A stretch of 64,000 nucleotides of DNA. It comes from a virus. Taxonomy: Duplodnaviria; Heunggongvirae; Uroviricota; Caudoviricetes. The notes below the pieces were generated by a model that was given only the letters and a program-made list of their open reading frames with translations, was not told the DNA's origin and ran no database searches. The stretch covers positions 13,245 to 77,244 of IMG/VR virus record IMGVR_UViG_3300012942_000037; one strand, written 5' to 3'. Position numbers and translations under genes: made by a program. Positions 38,706 to 48,079 of the stretch are shown piece by piece; within the stretch, counting starts at the first letter, position 1, and each line of letters begins with the position of its first letter.

Positions 38706-39833
38706 ATGGCCGAAGGTAAGACCTACAACATTCCTGCTACTCGGTTCGAGTGGTTCAAGGCCAAACTCGATACCCTGGGCCGTAAGGCCAAGAAGCTCAA
38801 CGGCGAGCGCCTCTTTTGTACGGTGGTAGGCTTCCATACGGAAGAAGATACTGGCTCCAGATGGCATGGGCAGAAGATCATGGAGGTCTTTGTAGCTTGC
38901 CCCGAACCCAAGCTCGAGGGTTGGGAGTTCGTGGCCCGTATCGATCACGCGCATGATGTGGGAAATATCATCCGCTCTACTGGATTGCGGGATCTCCCCG
39001 AACAGTATCGGGATCGTGGCCCTGTTTGTGACCATTGCGGTCATCGCCGTCTACGCCGCGATACGTTCATCGTCTACAAGGATGGTGAGGGATTCAAGCA
39101 GGTTGGTAGCTCGTGCCTTAAGGACTTCCTGGGTCATGGTGATGCCGATCGTATTGCTAAGCTGGCAGAACTGTTGGCCAACATTCACGGCTTCATGCGT
39201 GGCTCCTATGAGGATGAAGTTGGGCTAGTTAACCGCAACACTATCATCACTGAATCCTACCTCTGTCATGTGGCGCAGCGGGTTCTCACCCACGGTTTCA
39301 TCAGCAAGAAGCAGGCATGGGAAACCAATCGAGAAGCTACTGCGGAGATTGCTCTGATGGAGCATTATCGCCACACGCCGATCTCGATGGAAGCAAGGGA
39401 TCTAGCCCGTAATGCGCTGGCATGGGCTGAAAACCTCGATGAAACCGAGGAGCCGCCCTTGAACGATTACCTCCACAACGCCTGGGTGGTTGCTAATTCT
39501 CCAGTCATTGAACCGCGTAGCACTGGCATTGCGGCCAGCATCGTGGGCGTGTATTATCGGAATCAGCAGCCCAAACCCTTGCCTAGCAAGCACCTGGGCA
39601 CGGTAGGGCAGAAGCTGGAGATCGATGTGGAAGTTCTCGATACGCGCCTCCTCGATAGCGGCTCCACGCTGGTTACGATGCGTGATCAGGCAGGCAACAC
39701 CCTCAAGTGGTTTGCTTCGGGTAAGGCTCCCCAGCGTGGAACGCAGGCGCGGATCGTGGCTACGGTAAAGGCCCACAACACCTTCCGTGGTCGGGATGAG
39801 ACCATCCTCACGCGCTGTAAGGAAGCCCGTTGA
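38706..39833 (+). CDS. hypothetical protein
   Basis: I used ATG 38706 (MAEGKTYN...); the ORF track begins at an alternative start at 38634. Confidence 0.45.
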   Translation: MAEGKTYNIPATRFEWFKAKLDTLGRKAKKLNGERLFCTVVGFHTEEDTGSRWHGQKIMEVFVACPEPKLEGWEFVARIDHAHDVGNIIRSTGLRDLPEQYRDRGPVCDHCGHRRLRRDTFIVYKDGEGFKQVGSSCLKDFLGHGDADRIAKLAELLANIHGFMRGSYEDEVGLVNRNTIITESYLCHVAQRVLTHGFISKKQAWETNREATAEIALMEHYRHTPISMEARDLARNALAWAENLDETEEPPLNDYLHNAWVVANSPVIEPRSTGIAASIVGVYYRNQQPKPLPSKHLGTVGQKLEIDVEVLDTRLLDSGSTLVTMRDQAGNTLKWFASGKAPQRGTQARIVATVKAHNTFRGRDETILTRCKEAR

Positions 39834-40564
39834 TCAGTAACCGTCTTTGGAATCAGCCCACCGAAACATGGTCTGAAATGCGAGAGCTCTATAAGCTCTT
39901 CTTTGATCATTCCAATGATATGAAATACCTATTCAATGGGAACGCCTGGCAGGGACTAAAGATGATCTCTGACCAGTATATCAAGACCCGTCAGGAGTTC
40001 CAGTCGCTCACTGATCCAAATCACATTCCTGTCTGGCTCAACACCAACCAACATCGGCTTTTCAATGTTCCTCTTATCCAATGTGAGAAGGATCGTAAGC
40101 CCACCAAGTTTGATCGGTTTGAATTCGTCTCCTTCAAGGAAGAGCAGAATTTGAATTCTTGCTTCTACTTCGGTAACAGTTCCATCGAGGATGATGTCGC
40201 GGGGCATGGCTATTCCGGTGATGTAAGGATCTATATCCCCTACAAGACGCTTAGGTATGATGATACGGCAGTCAGATGGGCCCTTGCGAGTATGGGGATC
40301 TACACCTTCGAAATGGTCTATGGATCGAATGATCAGGGCCGCTACCTCGATGCTGGATTCGAGATGCTCCAAAGAGATTGGCCCTTCAAGGTCGATTTTA
40401 CTGATTGGAGTCTCAATGTCAAAACCAGAACTCCAGGATTTGATGGCCTGACTGATGAAGAATATGATATGCTCTCGGAGGATGAGAAAGACGATATTGA
40501 CCTCAAGGAGCGTCTCTGGGAAATTGAGGAAGGATACCATGATGACGAGGATGATCGGATATGA
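39830..40564 (+). CDS. hypothetical protein with an acidic C-terminus
   Basis: 244-aa ORF. Confidence 0.45.
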   Translation: MISNRLWNQPTETWSEMRELYKLFFDHSNDMKYLFNGNAWQGLKMISDQYIKTRQEFQSLTDPNHIPVWLNTNQHRLFNVPLIQCEKDRKPTKFDRFEFVSFKEEQNLNSCFYFGNSSIEDDVAGHGYSGDVRIYIPYKTLRYDDTAVRWALASMGIYTFEMVYGSNDQGRYLDAGFEMLQRDWPFKVDFTDWSLNVKTRTPGFDGLTDEEYDMLSEDEKDDIDLKERLWEIEEGYHDDEDDRI

Positions 40565-40773
40565 TTGACCAGATGTCACCTCATATCGTGGTCAAGATTT
40601 CATCGACCAAGCGAGTAGCGGATATGCGCCGCTGGCTCTTCGAGAAGAAGCTCACGCTTGGTGAGGATTATGAATACTATGGCAAGTCTACAAAGGATAT
40701 GATCGCCTTTGGCTTCCATGAACGGCACAAGTCGATAGCTTTCATGTTCAAGTTGACCTTTGGTGGCCAATAG
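40561..40773 (+). CDS. FKL-motif family small protein
   Basis: Its C-terminus reads HKSIAFMFKLTFGGQ. Confidence 0.5.
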   Translation: MIDQMSPHIVVKISSTKRVADMRRWLFEKKLTLGEDYEYYGKSTKDMIAFGFHERHKSIAFMFKLTFGGQ

Positions 40774-40787
40774 GCTAAAGCGGCCAT

Positions 40788-41372
40788 ATGGATCAGATTG
40801 AAACTGGTGAGCATTACGCCAAGGTAATTCATCGTCATGTCTGTCGTAAATGGTCTACTCCTGAACTCAAGGAGTGGTGGTATGCGAAGTTCACTATGAG
40901 TCTACGTAAGAAATTGATCAAGCTACACCGTCGACAGAACGGCCTTTGTTGCTTCTGTGGAAACGAGACATGGCTGGCTGTTGAGGGTGTCAAAAGGCAG
41001 AACCCGCCTCCTGGTATGAAGATGAAACAGATGGCTACTGCGGATCACAAGATTCCACAGAGCCAAGGTGGAACCAATCGAATGAGCAATTTGGCTATGG
41101 CCTGCTCACTCTGTAACAATGACAGGCAGACGACACCCTTCGAGGAGTTCATGGAAGTTCGGCAGGATCCTGTGAAGTGGAAGGCTCGGAACCGAAAACT
41201 AACAGCTCAGTACAAACAGAATGCGGCGAGGCGCCGTAAGAATAGCGAAGCACGACGGAATGCTCTGGTGTGGAAGCTGGCTGTCTTATTCTACCTCAGG
41301 CCTGACATTGCCGAAATAGCATCTACCCTGAAGAGTGAACCGGGCCGTCGAGATCGTTCTACTCGTTCTTAG
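40788..41372 (+). CDS. HNH endonuclease
   Basis: CCFCG...ADHKIPQSQGG...CSLCNN is the HNH zinc/His motif, and the tail is basic. Confidence 0.75.
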   Translation: MDQIETGEHYAKVIHRHVCRKWSTPELKEWWYAKFTMSLRKKLIKLHRRQNGLCCFCGNETWLAVEGVKRQNPPPGMKMKQMATADHKIPQSQGGTNRMSNLAMACSLCNNDRQTTPFEEFMEVRQDPVKWKARNRKLTAQYKQNAARRRKNSEARRNALVWKLAVLFYLRPDIAEIASTLKSEPGRRDRSTRS

Positions 41373-41709
41373 GTTCAACCTTGACTGTGATATTTGCTAG
41401 GACGATGTGAAGTTCGTCATGCATGGCCTTGAGTTCAGCCATCTCAGCCATCAAGGTTTCATGATCCTCTATAGCTCGTTCTTCACTCTTCTTGCTCAAG
41501 ACTGCGCTGCCAACCATAATGAGCGGTAGAGCAACTAATTGAATCACACCACCGCTAACATAGAATACGAAGCTCTGAAGCTTCGGAAATAGTACTGGTA
41601 GGATGCTCCAGATAGCAAATAGATAGACACAACCCATGGAACCCATAAGAACCGTGGTGGTACTGGCGATTCGCTCGTTGAGAGCCTTAAGGTCGATCTT
41701 CATGCCCAT
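41359..41709 (-). CDS. small membrane protein
   Basis: 116 aa with two or three TM helices. Confidence 0.45.
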   Translation of the reverse strand: MGMKIDLKALNERIASTTTVLMGSMGCVYLFAIWSILPVLFPKLQSFVFYVSGGVIQLVALPLIMVGSAVLSKKSEERAIEDHETLMAEMAELKAMHDELHIVLANITVKVEPKNE

Positions 41710-41779
41710 ATTTACCAGTTCTGGTTGACAGACCCCGCTTTGGTGTTAGATCTAGACTCAAGATACTAAGGAGATCGAC

Positions 41780-42901
41780 GTGCTGAATAAGCTGATGACC
41801 CCGGAGACGAAGAAGCTGTTTAAGGCCATGGATCGGGCCGGCTTTGAGATGCGTTTCGTGGGTGGCTGCGTTCGGGACGCCATGTTGGGCGTGGAGCCCA
41901 AGGATATCGACTTCTGTACAGACGCAACACCAGACGAAATGCTGGACGTCGCGACTATCAACAAGTTCGGTTTCATCCCCACTGGTATCGATCATGGCAC
42001 GGTGACGCTGGTCGTACAAGGTGAACCCTTTGAGGTCACTACCCTGCGCGTTGATGCCGAGACTGATGGGCGCCACGCCACTGTGGAGTTCACCAGAGAC
42101 TTCGAGAAGGATGCTGAGCGGCGGGACCTGACTATCAACGCAATGTCGATGGACAAGGACGGCAGGGTCTACGATTACTTCAATGGTTCGGAGGACCTGG
42201 CTAACCGCGTGGTTCGCTTTGTGGGCGATGCTCGCAAGCGGGTCGAAGAGGATTACCTACGCATCCTGCGTTACTTTCGTTTCGCTGCGCGGTTCGACGC
42301 TCAGATGGATCAGGAGACCCTGGCTATCTTTGCCGATCCTGACGTATTAGCTGGTTTGGGTCGGGTTTCCGTTGAGCGTTTCTGGCTGGAGATGTCTAAG
42401 CTGCTGACCTACAAGGCTCGGACCAGGATCATGGACGCGATCTTCAAGACTGGTGTCAATGTGCCGCTGGGTATCTTTCGGCTCAACGCCGTGGAGTTGG
42501 ATAGAGCGACTGATGCTCTGACGGCTCTGGCGACGCTGGTTCCTGAGAGCGGCCTGGATGCTTTCTTCGATTTCTGGAAGATGGCCAGTGACGAGGAGAA
42601 GAAGGTTCGCTGGTTGGTTGGTAATCGAGATGTGGTGTCGGATTTGCTGACTGTTGAGGATATGCTGTTGGTGACACCGCGCGATTTCGTGGTGAGTTGG
42701 TTGGAGATCCAGGGTGATTCCAAGATGGCTCAGTATGCCAGGGAGTTCAATGTTCCGACCTTCCCCGTTAGCGGTAAGGATCTACTGGCGGCTGGTATGA
42801 AGCCTGGTCCCCAGATGGGGCAGCGTCTGCGACGGATGGAGGATGCTTGGAAGGTGAGCCGATTCAGCAAGTCGAAGGATGAGCTGTTGGAGGTTGAGTA
42901 A
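41780..42901 (+). CDS. tRNA nucleotidyltransferase (CCA-adding enzyme / poly(A) polymerase family)
   Basis: FVGGCVRDAMLG..PKDIDF carries the class II NT motif (GGxVRD ... DxD), and RRDLTINA follows downstream. Confidence 0.8.
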   Translation: MLNKLMTPETKKLFKAMDRAGFEMRFVGGCVRDAMLGVEPKDIDFCTDATPDEMLDVATINKFGFIPTGIDHGTVTLVVQGEPFEVTTLRVDAETDGRHATVEFTRDFEKDAERRDLTINAMSMDKDGRVYDYFNGSEDLANRVVRFVGDARKRVEEDYLRILRYFRFAARFDAQMDQETLAIFADPDVLAGLGRVSVERFWLEMSKLLTYKARTRIMDAIFKTGVNVPLGIFRLNAVELDRATDALTALATLVPESGLDAFFDFWKMASDEEKKVRWLVGNRDVVSDLLTVEDMLLVTPRDFVVSWLEIQGDSKMAQYAREFNVPTFPVSGKDLLAAGMKPGPQMGQRLRRMEDAWKVSRFSKSKDELLEVE

Positions 42902-43254
42902 TGTCTCGCACCTACCGCAAACATGCCGATAACGCCGAGATCTTCGGATCAAAGCGTTATCGGTATTTCATTGATGTTCCTATCAACGTCCAGACCTCCG
43001 AAATCTTCTACGGGGAGATGGATGATCGAAATATCGATTGGCCTCTCTCCTTTCTCGAGGAAGCATGTGAGAGATTCACCGGGCAACCTCGTTGGAATGG
43101 CCATAATGGCGGCTTTGCCCGTTGGGGCTTTGTAACCATGTGGGTTTGGGAGGATAGGGATGAGCTTTTTACAGGCTCCTACCATTCAAACACCTTCCGC
43201 TTTGGGTTCACTCGTAAACGTGACGCAATAGCTTTCAAGCTATGTCTGCCTTGA
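42901..43254 (+). CDS. FKL-motif family small protein
   Basis: C-terminus ...RKRDAIAFKLCLP. It is tandemly arranged with overlapping stop and start codons. Confidence 0.5.
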   Translation: MSRTYRKHADNAEIFGSKRYRYFIDVPINVQTSEIFYGEMDDRNIDWPLSFLEEACERFTGQPRWNGHNGGFARWGFVTMWVWEDRDELFTGSYHSNTFRFGFTRKRDAIAFKLCLP

Positions 43255-43257
43255 TCC

Positions 43258-43554
43258 ATGGCTGTAATCCAGTTCATTATTCGGGTTGATGACTCCAAGT
43301 TGCTCGACAATCGAGCAATGCTTCGCCTTGAAGTCATTGATTGGCTCGAGCAGATGGGCGGCGGACTGAAGTGTGATCGTCGATCAGTTCATTTCATAAC
43401 CAATCCACCACATTGGTGGTATGAACGCCATCCTCGTAATGATATCGGTATCACCACAATGACCGAGAAGGCCCTTCAGGCTGAGCAGACTTGGGACGTC
43501 TTTAGTTTCGCCGATCCTACCCTGGCGATGATGTTTAAGCTGGCCTGGCTATGA
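43258..43554 (+). CDS. FKL-motif family small protein
   Basis: C-terminus ...DPTLAMMFKLAWL, with a central DWLEQ element. Confidence 0.55.
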   Translation: MAVIQFIIRVDDSKLLDNRAMLRLEVIDWLEQMGGGLKCDRRSVHFITNPPHWWYERHPRNDIGITTMTEKALQAEQTWDVFSFADPTLAMMFKLAWL

Positions 43555-43877
43555 CATTCAACGGAAGAATGGAACCTGGTCCTTGGTATTCCGATGGTGT
43601 TGAGATCGGTGTCGAGGATGTGCCAGAAGAGGATATCCTCTACACGGTCAAGCTACGAGCCAATAACAGGGCTATACGACGAGATGATGTCTACAATATT
43701 CCTGTGCCTAGCGAGGCATTGGCTGGTTGGTTACGAGCGCGAAACCGAGCCGATGAACGTATTCGCATGGGAAACTTTGAGCTAGTTGATCGGCATTCCG
43801 ATGAACCCTACTTCACTGTCTCCTTCTTCTTTAAAGAGAAGGATCTCGCCATTCTATTCAAATTGGTATGGGCATGA
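43551..43877 (+). CDS. FKL-motif family small protein
   Basis: C-terminus ...KDLAILFKLVWA. Confidence 0.55.
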   Translation: MTFNGRMEPGPWYSDGVEIGVEDVPEEDILYTVKLRANNRAIRRDDVYNIPVPSEALAGWLRARNRADERIRMGNFELVDRHSDEPYFTVSFFFKEKDLAILFKLVWA

Positions 43878-44170
43878 GCAAATCTAAGCAGATTGAAGCT
43901 CTTGAGAGCCAGGTCCAGGCTCTGGTAGCTAAGCCCACTCTGAGTAAGAATGCCAAATATCACCGTCGTGAGCGCTTTGAGCACAAGATCCAACCAAATT
44001 GGCAAGCAATGCCAAAGGCTCAGAGAGCCAACACCGCTAGACGGACCTGTCTATTGATCAACTGGTGTAATAGGCATTGCCAGGGTGATTACTCCTGGGA
44101 CGGAGTGACTGTTGGTTTTAGCTTCAAGCTCAAGAGCGATGCCATGCTCTTCAAGTTGGCTTGGGGTTAA
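43868..44170 (+). CDS. FKL-motif family small protein
   Basis: C-terminus ...SDAMLFKLAWG, with a central NWCNRHC element. Confidence 0.55.
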   Translation: MGMSKSKQIEALESQVQALVAKPTLSKNAKYHRRERFEHKIQPNWQAMPKAQRANTARRTCLLINWCNRHCQGDYSWDGVTVGFSFKLKSDAMLFKLAWG

Positions 44171-44214
44171 GCCTTTAGGTTGACACTAGGTGATCACCTA
44201 GTAAGTAGTCTGGT

Positions 44215-44574
44215 ATGTACGACATCGAAGTCATTGACGGCCACAATTACGCCATTATCAGTGAGGGCTCACCCTCATATGAATTCCTGAAGGCCATGAA
44301 TGCCAAGCTGGTTATGAAGAAACTAGCCAGTGAGCCAGGGGAGAAGATCTACCTGACTGCCATGGAGACAGCACAACTCTGCCGTGGGTTTCAGCGTAAG
44401 GATCTTAAACGTCTCGTGGATGTGGATCTAATTGAGTATGATCGTGAGCGTGTCTTTGAGGTCTCGACCTCAACCTTCCACTATATAGAATCCTACACCT
44501 TCACTGATTACGGCCTTGAAGTTATGAAGTTCATCAAGGCTGAAGGTGGTGATGTGGAAATCCGGCTGAACTAG
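44215..44574 (+). CDS. hypothetical protein
   Basis: 119-aa ORF. Confidence 0.45.
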   Translation: MYDIEVIDGHNYAIISEGSPSYEFLKAMNAKLVMKKLASEPGEKIYLTAMETAQLCRGFQRKDLKRLVDVDLIEYDRERVFEVSTSTFHYIESYTFTDYGLEVMKFIKAEGGDVEIRLN

Positions 44575-44815
44575 CGGTTATCCCCCAGGGGATGCTCTGG
44601 AATACAAGAATCCCTCTGAACGCAAAGCAGGCATTTGTCATAGGGCTCGCTTGCTTCCATGACCAACCGCATCAGAGTTTCTCTGAACTCGATGAAGCCA
44701 GCGGACATACAGGTGTTAATCATCTGGCTGATGATTGGCTCAAGCTGACCGTTGTAATAGCCAGATCCACAAGGAATGGACATGACTCGTAGAGCTTCTA
44801 CGAGCTTGTCTGCGT

Positions 44816-45202
44816 CTATGTATCTTTTCGCTTCAACCATACTTCCCAGGCTCCACCGCCGTTTTTGCTTTCAACCGATCTAACTAGGGGATTGCTTTCA
44901 ACCCAACGAGGCAATTCGAGATTGATCTGACCACTCTTGCCACTAATCAGAGTCAACCGCTTATAACCCAGAAGAGCACCCTTCTCAATATGATCCCTAA
45001 CTGCTAGAAAGGCCTCTTGTACAGTTAGCCCATGAAGGTCCATACAGGGGTTAAATGAAACTGGGCGGGTCTGCGTTACCTTTATTCCGTTCTGGCCCTG
45101 TACGAGCCCCACAGGGGGATGACCAAGCGGTCTAACAGTCTTGGTAACATTGGCCCATAGATTGCGTTCTTCAGGGGTAAGACCACGTGCCATAGAGTTC
45201 AT
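44816..45202 (-). CDS. Smr-domain protein
   Basis: DLHGLTVQEAFLAVRDHI...LISGKSG is an Smr-like signature. Confidence 0.5.
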   Translation of the reverse strand: MNSMARGLTPEERNLWANVTKTVRPLGHPPVGLVQGQNGIKVTQTRPVSFNPCMDLHGLTVQEAFLAVRDHIEKGALLGYKRLTLISGKSGQINLELPRWVESNPLVRSVESKNGGGAWEVWLKRKDT

Positions 45203-45324
45203 ATAGAATGAAGACGCCTTGGCGTCTATATTGACTCTGGTTCACCAGTTTCTGTATAAATGACTGATAGAGGACAACGACTCACCCCTCTCAAAAGATT
45301 CTGCGTCGCCAATAAGAGCAGAAA

Positions 45325-45984
45325 ATGCCTAAATATCAATCGACTAAGACCTACGGCACGGATCGTGGGCTATCCTGTTGCTTCCGCCAGTGGAAGGCCA
45401 ATCACTCACATTGTAGTACGCTACACGGTTACAGTCTGGGCTTTAAGTTCGTCTTTGAGTCTGAGATCCTTGATGAGAAGAACTGGTGTTTTGACTTCGG
45501 TGGCATGAAGCCAATCAAGCAATACCTGGATAGTATGTTTGATCACACGGTTCTAGTGGCTGAGGATGATCCTGCGCTGCCGTTCTTCAAATCAATGGCA
45601 GAATTCTCAACGATGCCTGAGTTCAATGGCACCAATGAGAATATCGGTTACCTGACACCAATTCCGCATGAAGAAGGTCGTATTTGCGCTCTTCGTATCG
45701 TTCCTGGTGTTGGATGCGAGATGACTGCTAGAATGGTCTTTGAGAAGACCAATGAACTTCTGGAGCAGATGAAGACTGGTGATCTAGGTCGTTATTCAGT
45801 GAATCCAGACGTGCGTCTAGTCTCTGTTGAATGCTTCGAGCATGGATCCAACAGTGCGATCTATTATGGTGAACAGGATCGCAAGGTTTTCACTGTTGAT
45901 GTTGGTGATCTAAGCATTGAAGATGTCAAACTCTTGACTGAGCAATTGATCAGCGAAATCAAGATCCCATCGGCTAAAAGGTAA
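45325..45984 (+). CDS. 6-pyruvoyl-tetrahydropterin synthase / QueD-like protein
   Basis: CSTLHGY is a variant of the CxxxHGH motif, and an EKN..FDFGG segment follows. This family is common as a phage auxiliary metabolic gene. Confidence 0.6.
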   Translation: MPKYQSTKTYGTDRGLSCCFRQWKANHSHCSTLHGYSLGFKFVFESEILDEKNWCFDFGGMKPIKQYLDSMFDHTVLVAEDDPALPFFKSMAEFSTMPEFNGTNENIGYLTPIPHEEGRICALRIVPGVGCEMTARMVFEKTNELLEQMKTGDLGRYSVNPDVRLVSVECFEHGSNSAIYYGEQDRKVFTVDVGDLSIEDVKLLTEQLISEIKIPSAKR

Positions 45985-46009
45985 GATTCCTTCCAGCCTT
46001 GATGCTATT

Positions 46010-46042
46010 AGACCCCCGGCTTATTGGGCCGGGGGTCTTTTC
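46010..46042. terminator. bidirectional rho-independent terminator
   Basis: GACCCCCGGC-TTATTGG-GCCGGGGGTC followed by TTTT, lying between convergent genes. Confidence 0.65.
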
Positions 46043-46065
46043 CTTCTAGAGTCTATGGGCAAACC

Positions 46066-46611
46066 CTATCTACCGCCAGGCAGACTCGCGAACACATGGG
46101 CTCCGATACGGATCTTATTAACTAAGCGTCGGGTCCAACTGAAATTCAACCTTGCCTGGTAGAAGAACGTGGAACCATCCGTAGGGTCATTCATTTTCTC
46201 CCCACTGAGAAGTAGGACGGCCTTATGCTGGCTCTCAATCCATGCTGCCTTCTCATGTGGAACTTGTGCCCTCAATGGCCACCTGGTCCAAGAAAATTGC
46301 CCTGGGGACCACACAACATCGCATACGGTGTCAGCCTTAAATGCGTCATGGTGCGTTCTATTCAGGGTTACAAATCCAACTGCCCACTGATCTCGAGAAG
46401 TGCCCCCTCGAATCTCATGATAGATGTTGAGTGCCATACACAACATTTGATCCTGATCGGTCTGGTCGGCTTGCCCAATTTCAGGAATAATATCCCCTTG
46501 AGCCCGAACCGCAGTAAGTAGCGCTTGGTATCTAGGTGGTGTCTCCGCTGCGGCTGGTCTTGGCGTTAGCATAAGAGACAAGAGGAGCACGATTGCTCCT
46601 ATAAATTTCAA
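46066..46611 (-). CDS. secreted SleB-type cell-wall hydrolase
   Basis: There is a signal peptide (MKFIGAIVLLLSLMLTPRPAAA), then NIYHEIRGG...AVGFVTLNR...PGQFSW, a Hydrolase_2 signature. Confidence 0.7.
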   Translation of the reverse strand: MKFIGAIVLLLSLMLTPRPAAAETPPRYQALLTAVRAQGDIIPEIGQADQTDQDQMLCMALNIYHEIRGGTSRDQWAVGFVTLNRTHHDAFKADTVCDVVWSPGQFSWTRWPLRAQVPHEKAAWIESQHKAVLLLSGEKMNDPTDGSTFFYQARLNFSWTRRLVNKIRIGAHVFASLPGGR

Positions 46612-46680
46612 CCATCACCTCATTCATTGTTAATCCGATCTCCCGTTATACCCTGGAGAAGGGTGATCCGTCAACTCAAC

Positions 46681-47340
46681 CTATAGAAGATGTCGGTCAT
46701 CCAAGCTGAGTAGTTGCTCTCCAAGGATAAGTTTGAAGAGCAGAACGTCGTTTAATTTATCCAAGTAGAGGAAGGTCCTGGGTGACGTAACCAACTTGAG
46801 AGACCCGGAGAGCTTCTCCAATTCAGCCAGGTTAGCCTGATCTAGTCCCCAACGTGGATCTTTGAATGTGAAGCGATAGCCATATAGTTCATAGAACTTC
46901 CCCTTAGGCCGTGGCCTGGGCAACTTGAGATGCCAGCAAGAGCGATCAACGATTCGCACGTGGTTAAAGCTGAAAAGCTCGCGATGCTTCAGAAACCATC
47001 GTAACATGGCTGGATTGTTGGAAAAGGCATTGAATTGGTAGGTGCGCTGATTAGACTGTAGGGTGAAGTCTAGATCCTTAAGCCCTTCGAGGATGAAATC
47101 TTTGATATGGAGCCATTCACCCCATTGCTCCATCTTTAGAGAAAGGCCGACACCATAGGCGAATTGCCCAAAGAATAGCGGTCGACGCACTGTTTCGATC
47201 TGCGAATCCTCAACCAAATAGCGTGCCATTAATGCGTCACACGCCTTCTGGATTCTCTGCTCAAAAGTCCAAGGCATCCAGTCTACGTAACATTGTATTG
47301 GGTTGAAAGCAAGGTATTTACCGCGTTGACACCTATCCAA
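46681..47340 (-). CDS. hypothetical protein
   Basis: 219-aa ORF. Confidence 0.45.
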   Translation of the reverse strand: MDRCQRGKYLAFNPIQCYVDWMPWTFEQRIQKACDALMARYLVEDSQIETVRRPLFFGQFAYGVGLSLKMEQWGEWLHIKDFILEGLKDLDFTLQSNQRTYQFNAFSNNPAMLRWFLKHRELFSFNHVRIVDRSCWHLKLPRPRPKGKFYELYGYRFTFKDPRWGLDQANLAELEKLSGSLKLVTSPRTFLYLDKLNDVLLFKLILGEQLLSLDDRHLL

Positions 47341-47374
47341 TAGGTGTTACAGCGGAGACAATAAGGAGATTCTA

Positions 47375-47827
47375 GTGCCGCTTATTGATCCGAATGTTCC
47401 AGAAGAAAGCATGAGCTATCTCGATGAGGCTTCTGCCTACTTTCTACGAGCGATCAAGCAGCATTACACCCGAGATACCGCGGTTGATGTCATGGAAGCA
47501 TTGGCCCCAATCCTGGGTAAGGATTGGAAGGGCCGAGTGATCTTCGGTATCATGGCCAACAAGTACAAGAATATCCGCAATCTACGGATCAGCAAGGCAG
47601 TTCATGACAGCCTGGTCAAGAAGATCAACGCAATCAAGGAGGTCCGCTACATTAGTGGAATGGGCCTGACGGAGGCTAAGACTCTAGTAGAGAACGCCTA
47701 CTTCACTCCTAAGGATGTGATAGTTCAGCAGCCAGCATCAGGTGTATCTGAAAGTGATTGGGATCAGCGAATCCAACATTCGATGACAGTTCTGCGCGAT
47801 GCTGGCTTCAACGTGGAGTTCGCATGA
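47375..47827 (+). CDS. protein with a ribosomal bL12 (L7/L12) C-terminal-domain-like region
   Basis: The C-terminal INAIKEVRYISGMGLTEAKTLVENA...LRDAGFNVEF parallels the E. coli L7/L12 C-terminal domain [23 protein letters not shown]...LEEAGAEVEV. The N-terminal 80 aa are unrelated. Confidence 0.55.
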   Translation: MPLIDPNVPEESMSYLDEASAYFLRAIKQHYTRDTAVDVMEALAPILGKDWKGRVIFGIMANKYKNIRNLRISKAVHDSLVKKINAIKEVRYISGMGLTEAKTLVENAYFTPKDVIVQQPASGVSESDWDQRIQHSMTVLRDAGFNVEFA

Positions 47828-48069
47828 GCATTTTGGCCAAAGTCCGTGCTGATCTTATGAGATCCGGCCTGAGTGAGGCCGAAGTCCTTGCCTCAAGTGG
47901 TGGCATTCAGGGTATGTTTGAGGAGCTTCAAGGCCTCAAGCGTGAGATGAATGAAGCCAAGAAGAAGGCAGCCGAAGAGGCAGCAAAGCCCTACTTGGAA
48001 GCCATTGCGGCGCTTGAGAAGCGTTACTCGATTTTCGTCAAACTGTCTGCTAGAGACTCAAGGAAGTAA
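47823..48069 (+). CDS. hypothetical small coiled-coil protein
   Basis: The ATG overlaps the upstream stop. The ORF track extends upstream to 47758. Confidence 0.4.
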
Positions 48070-48079
48070 AGGGAAGATC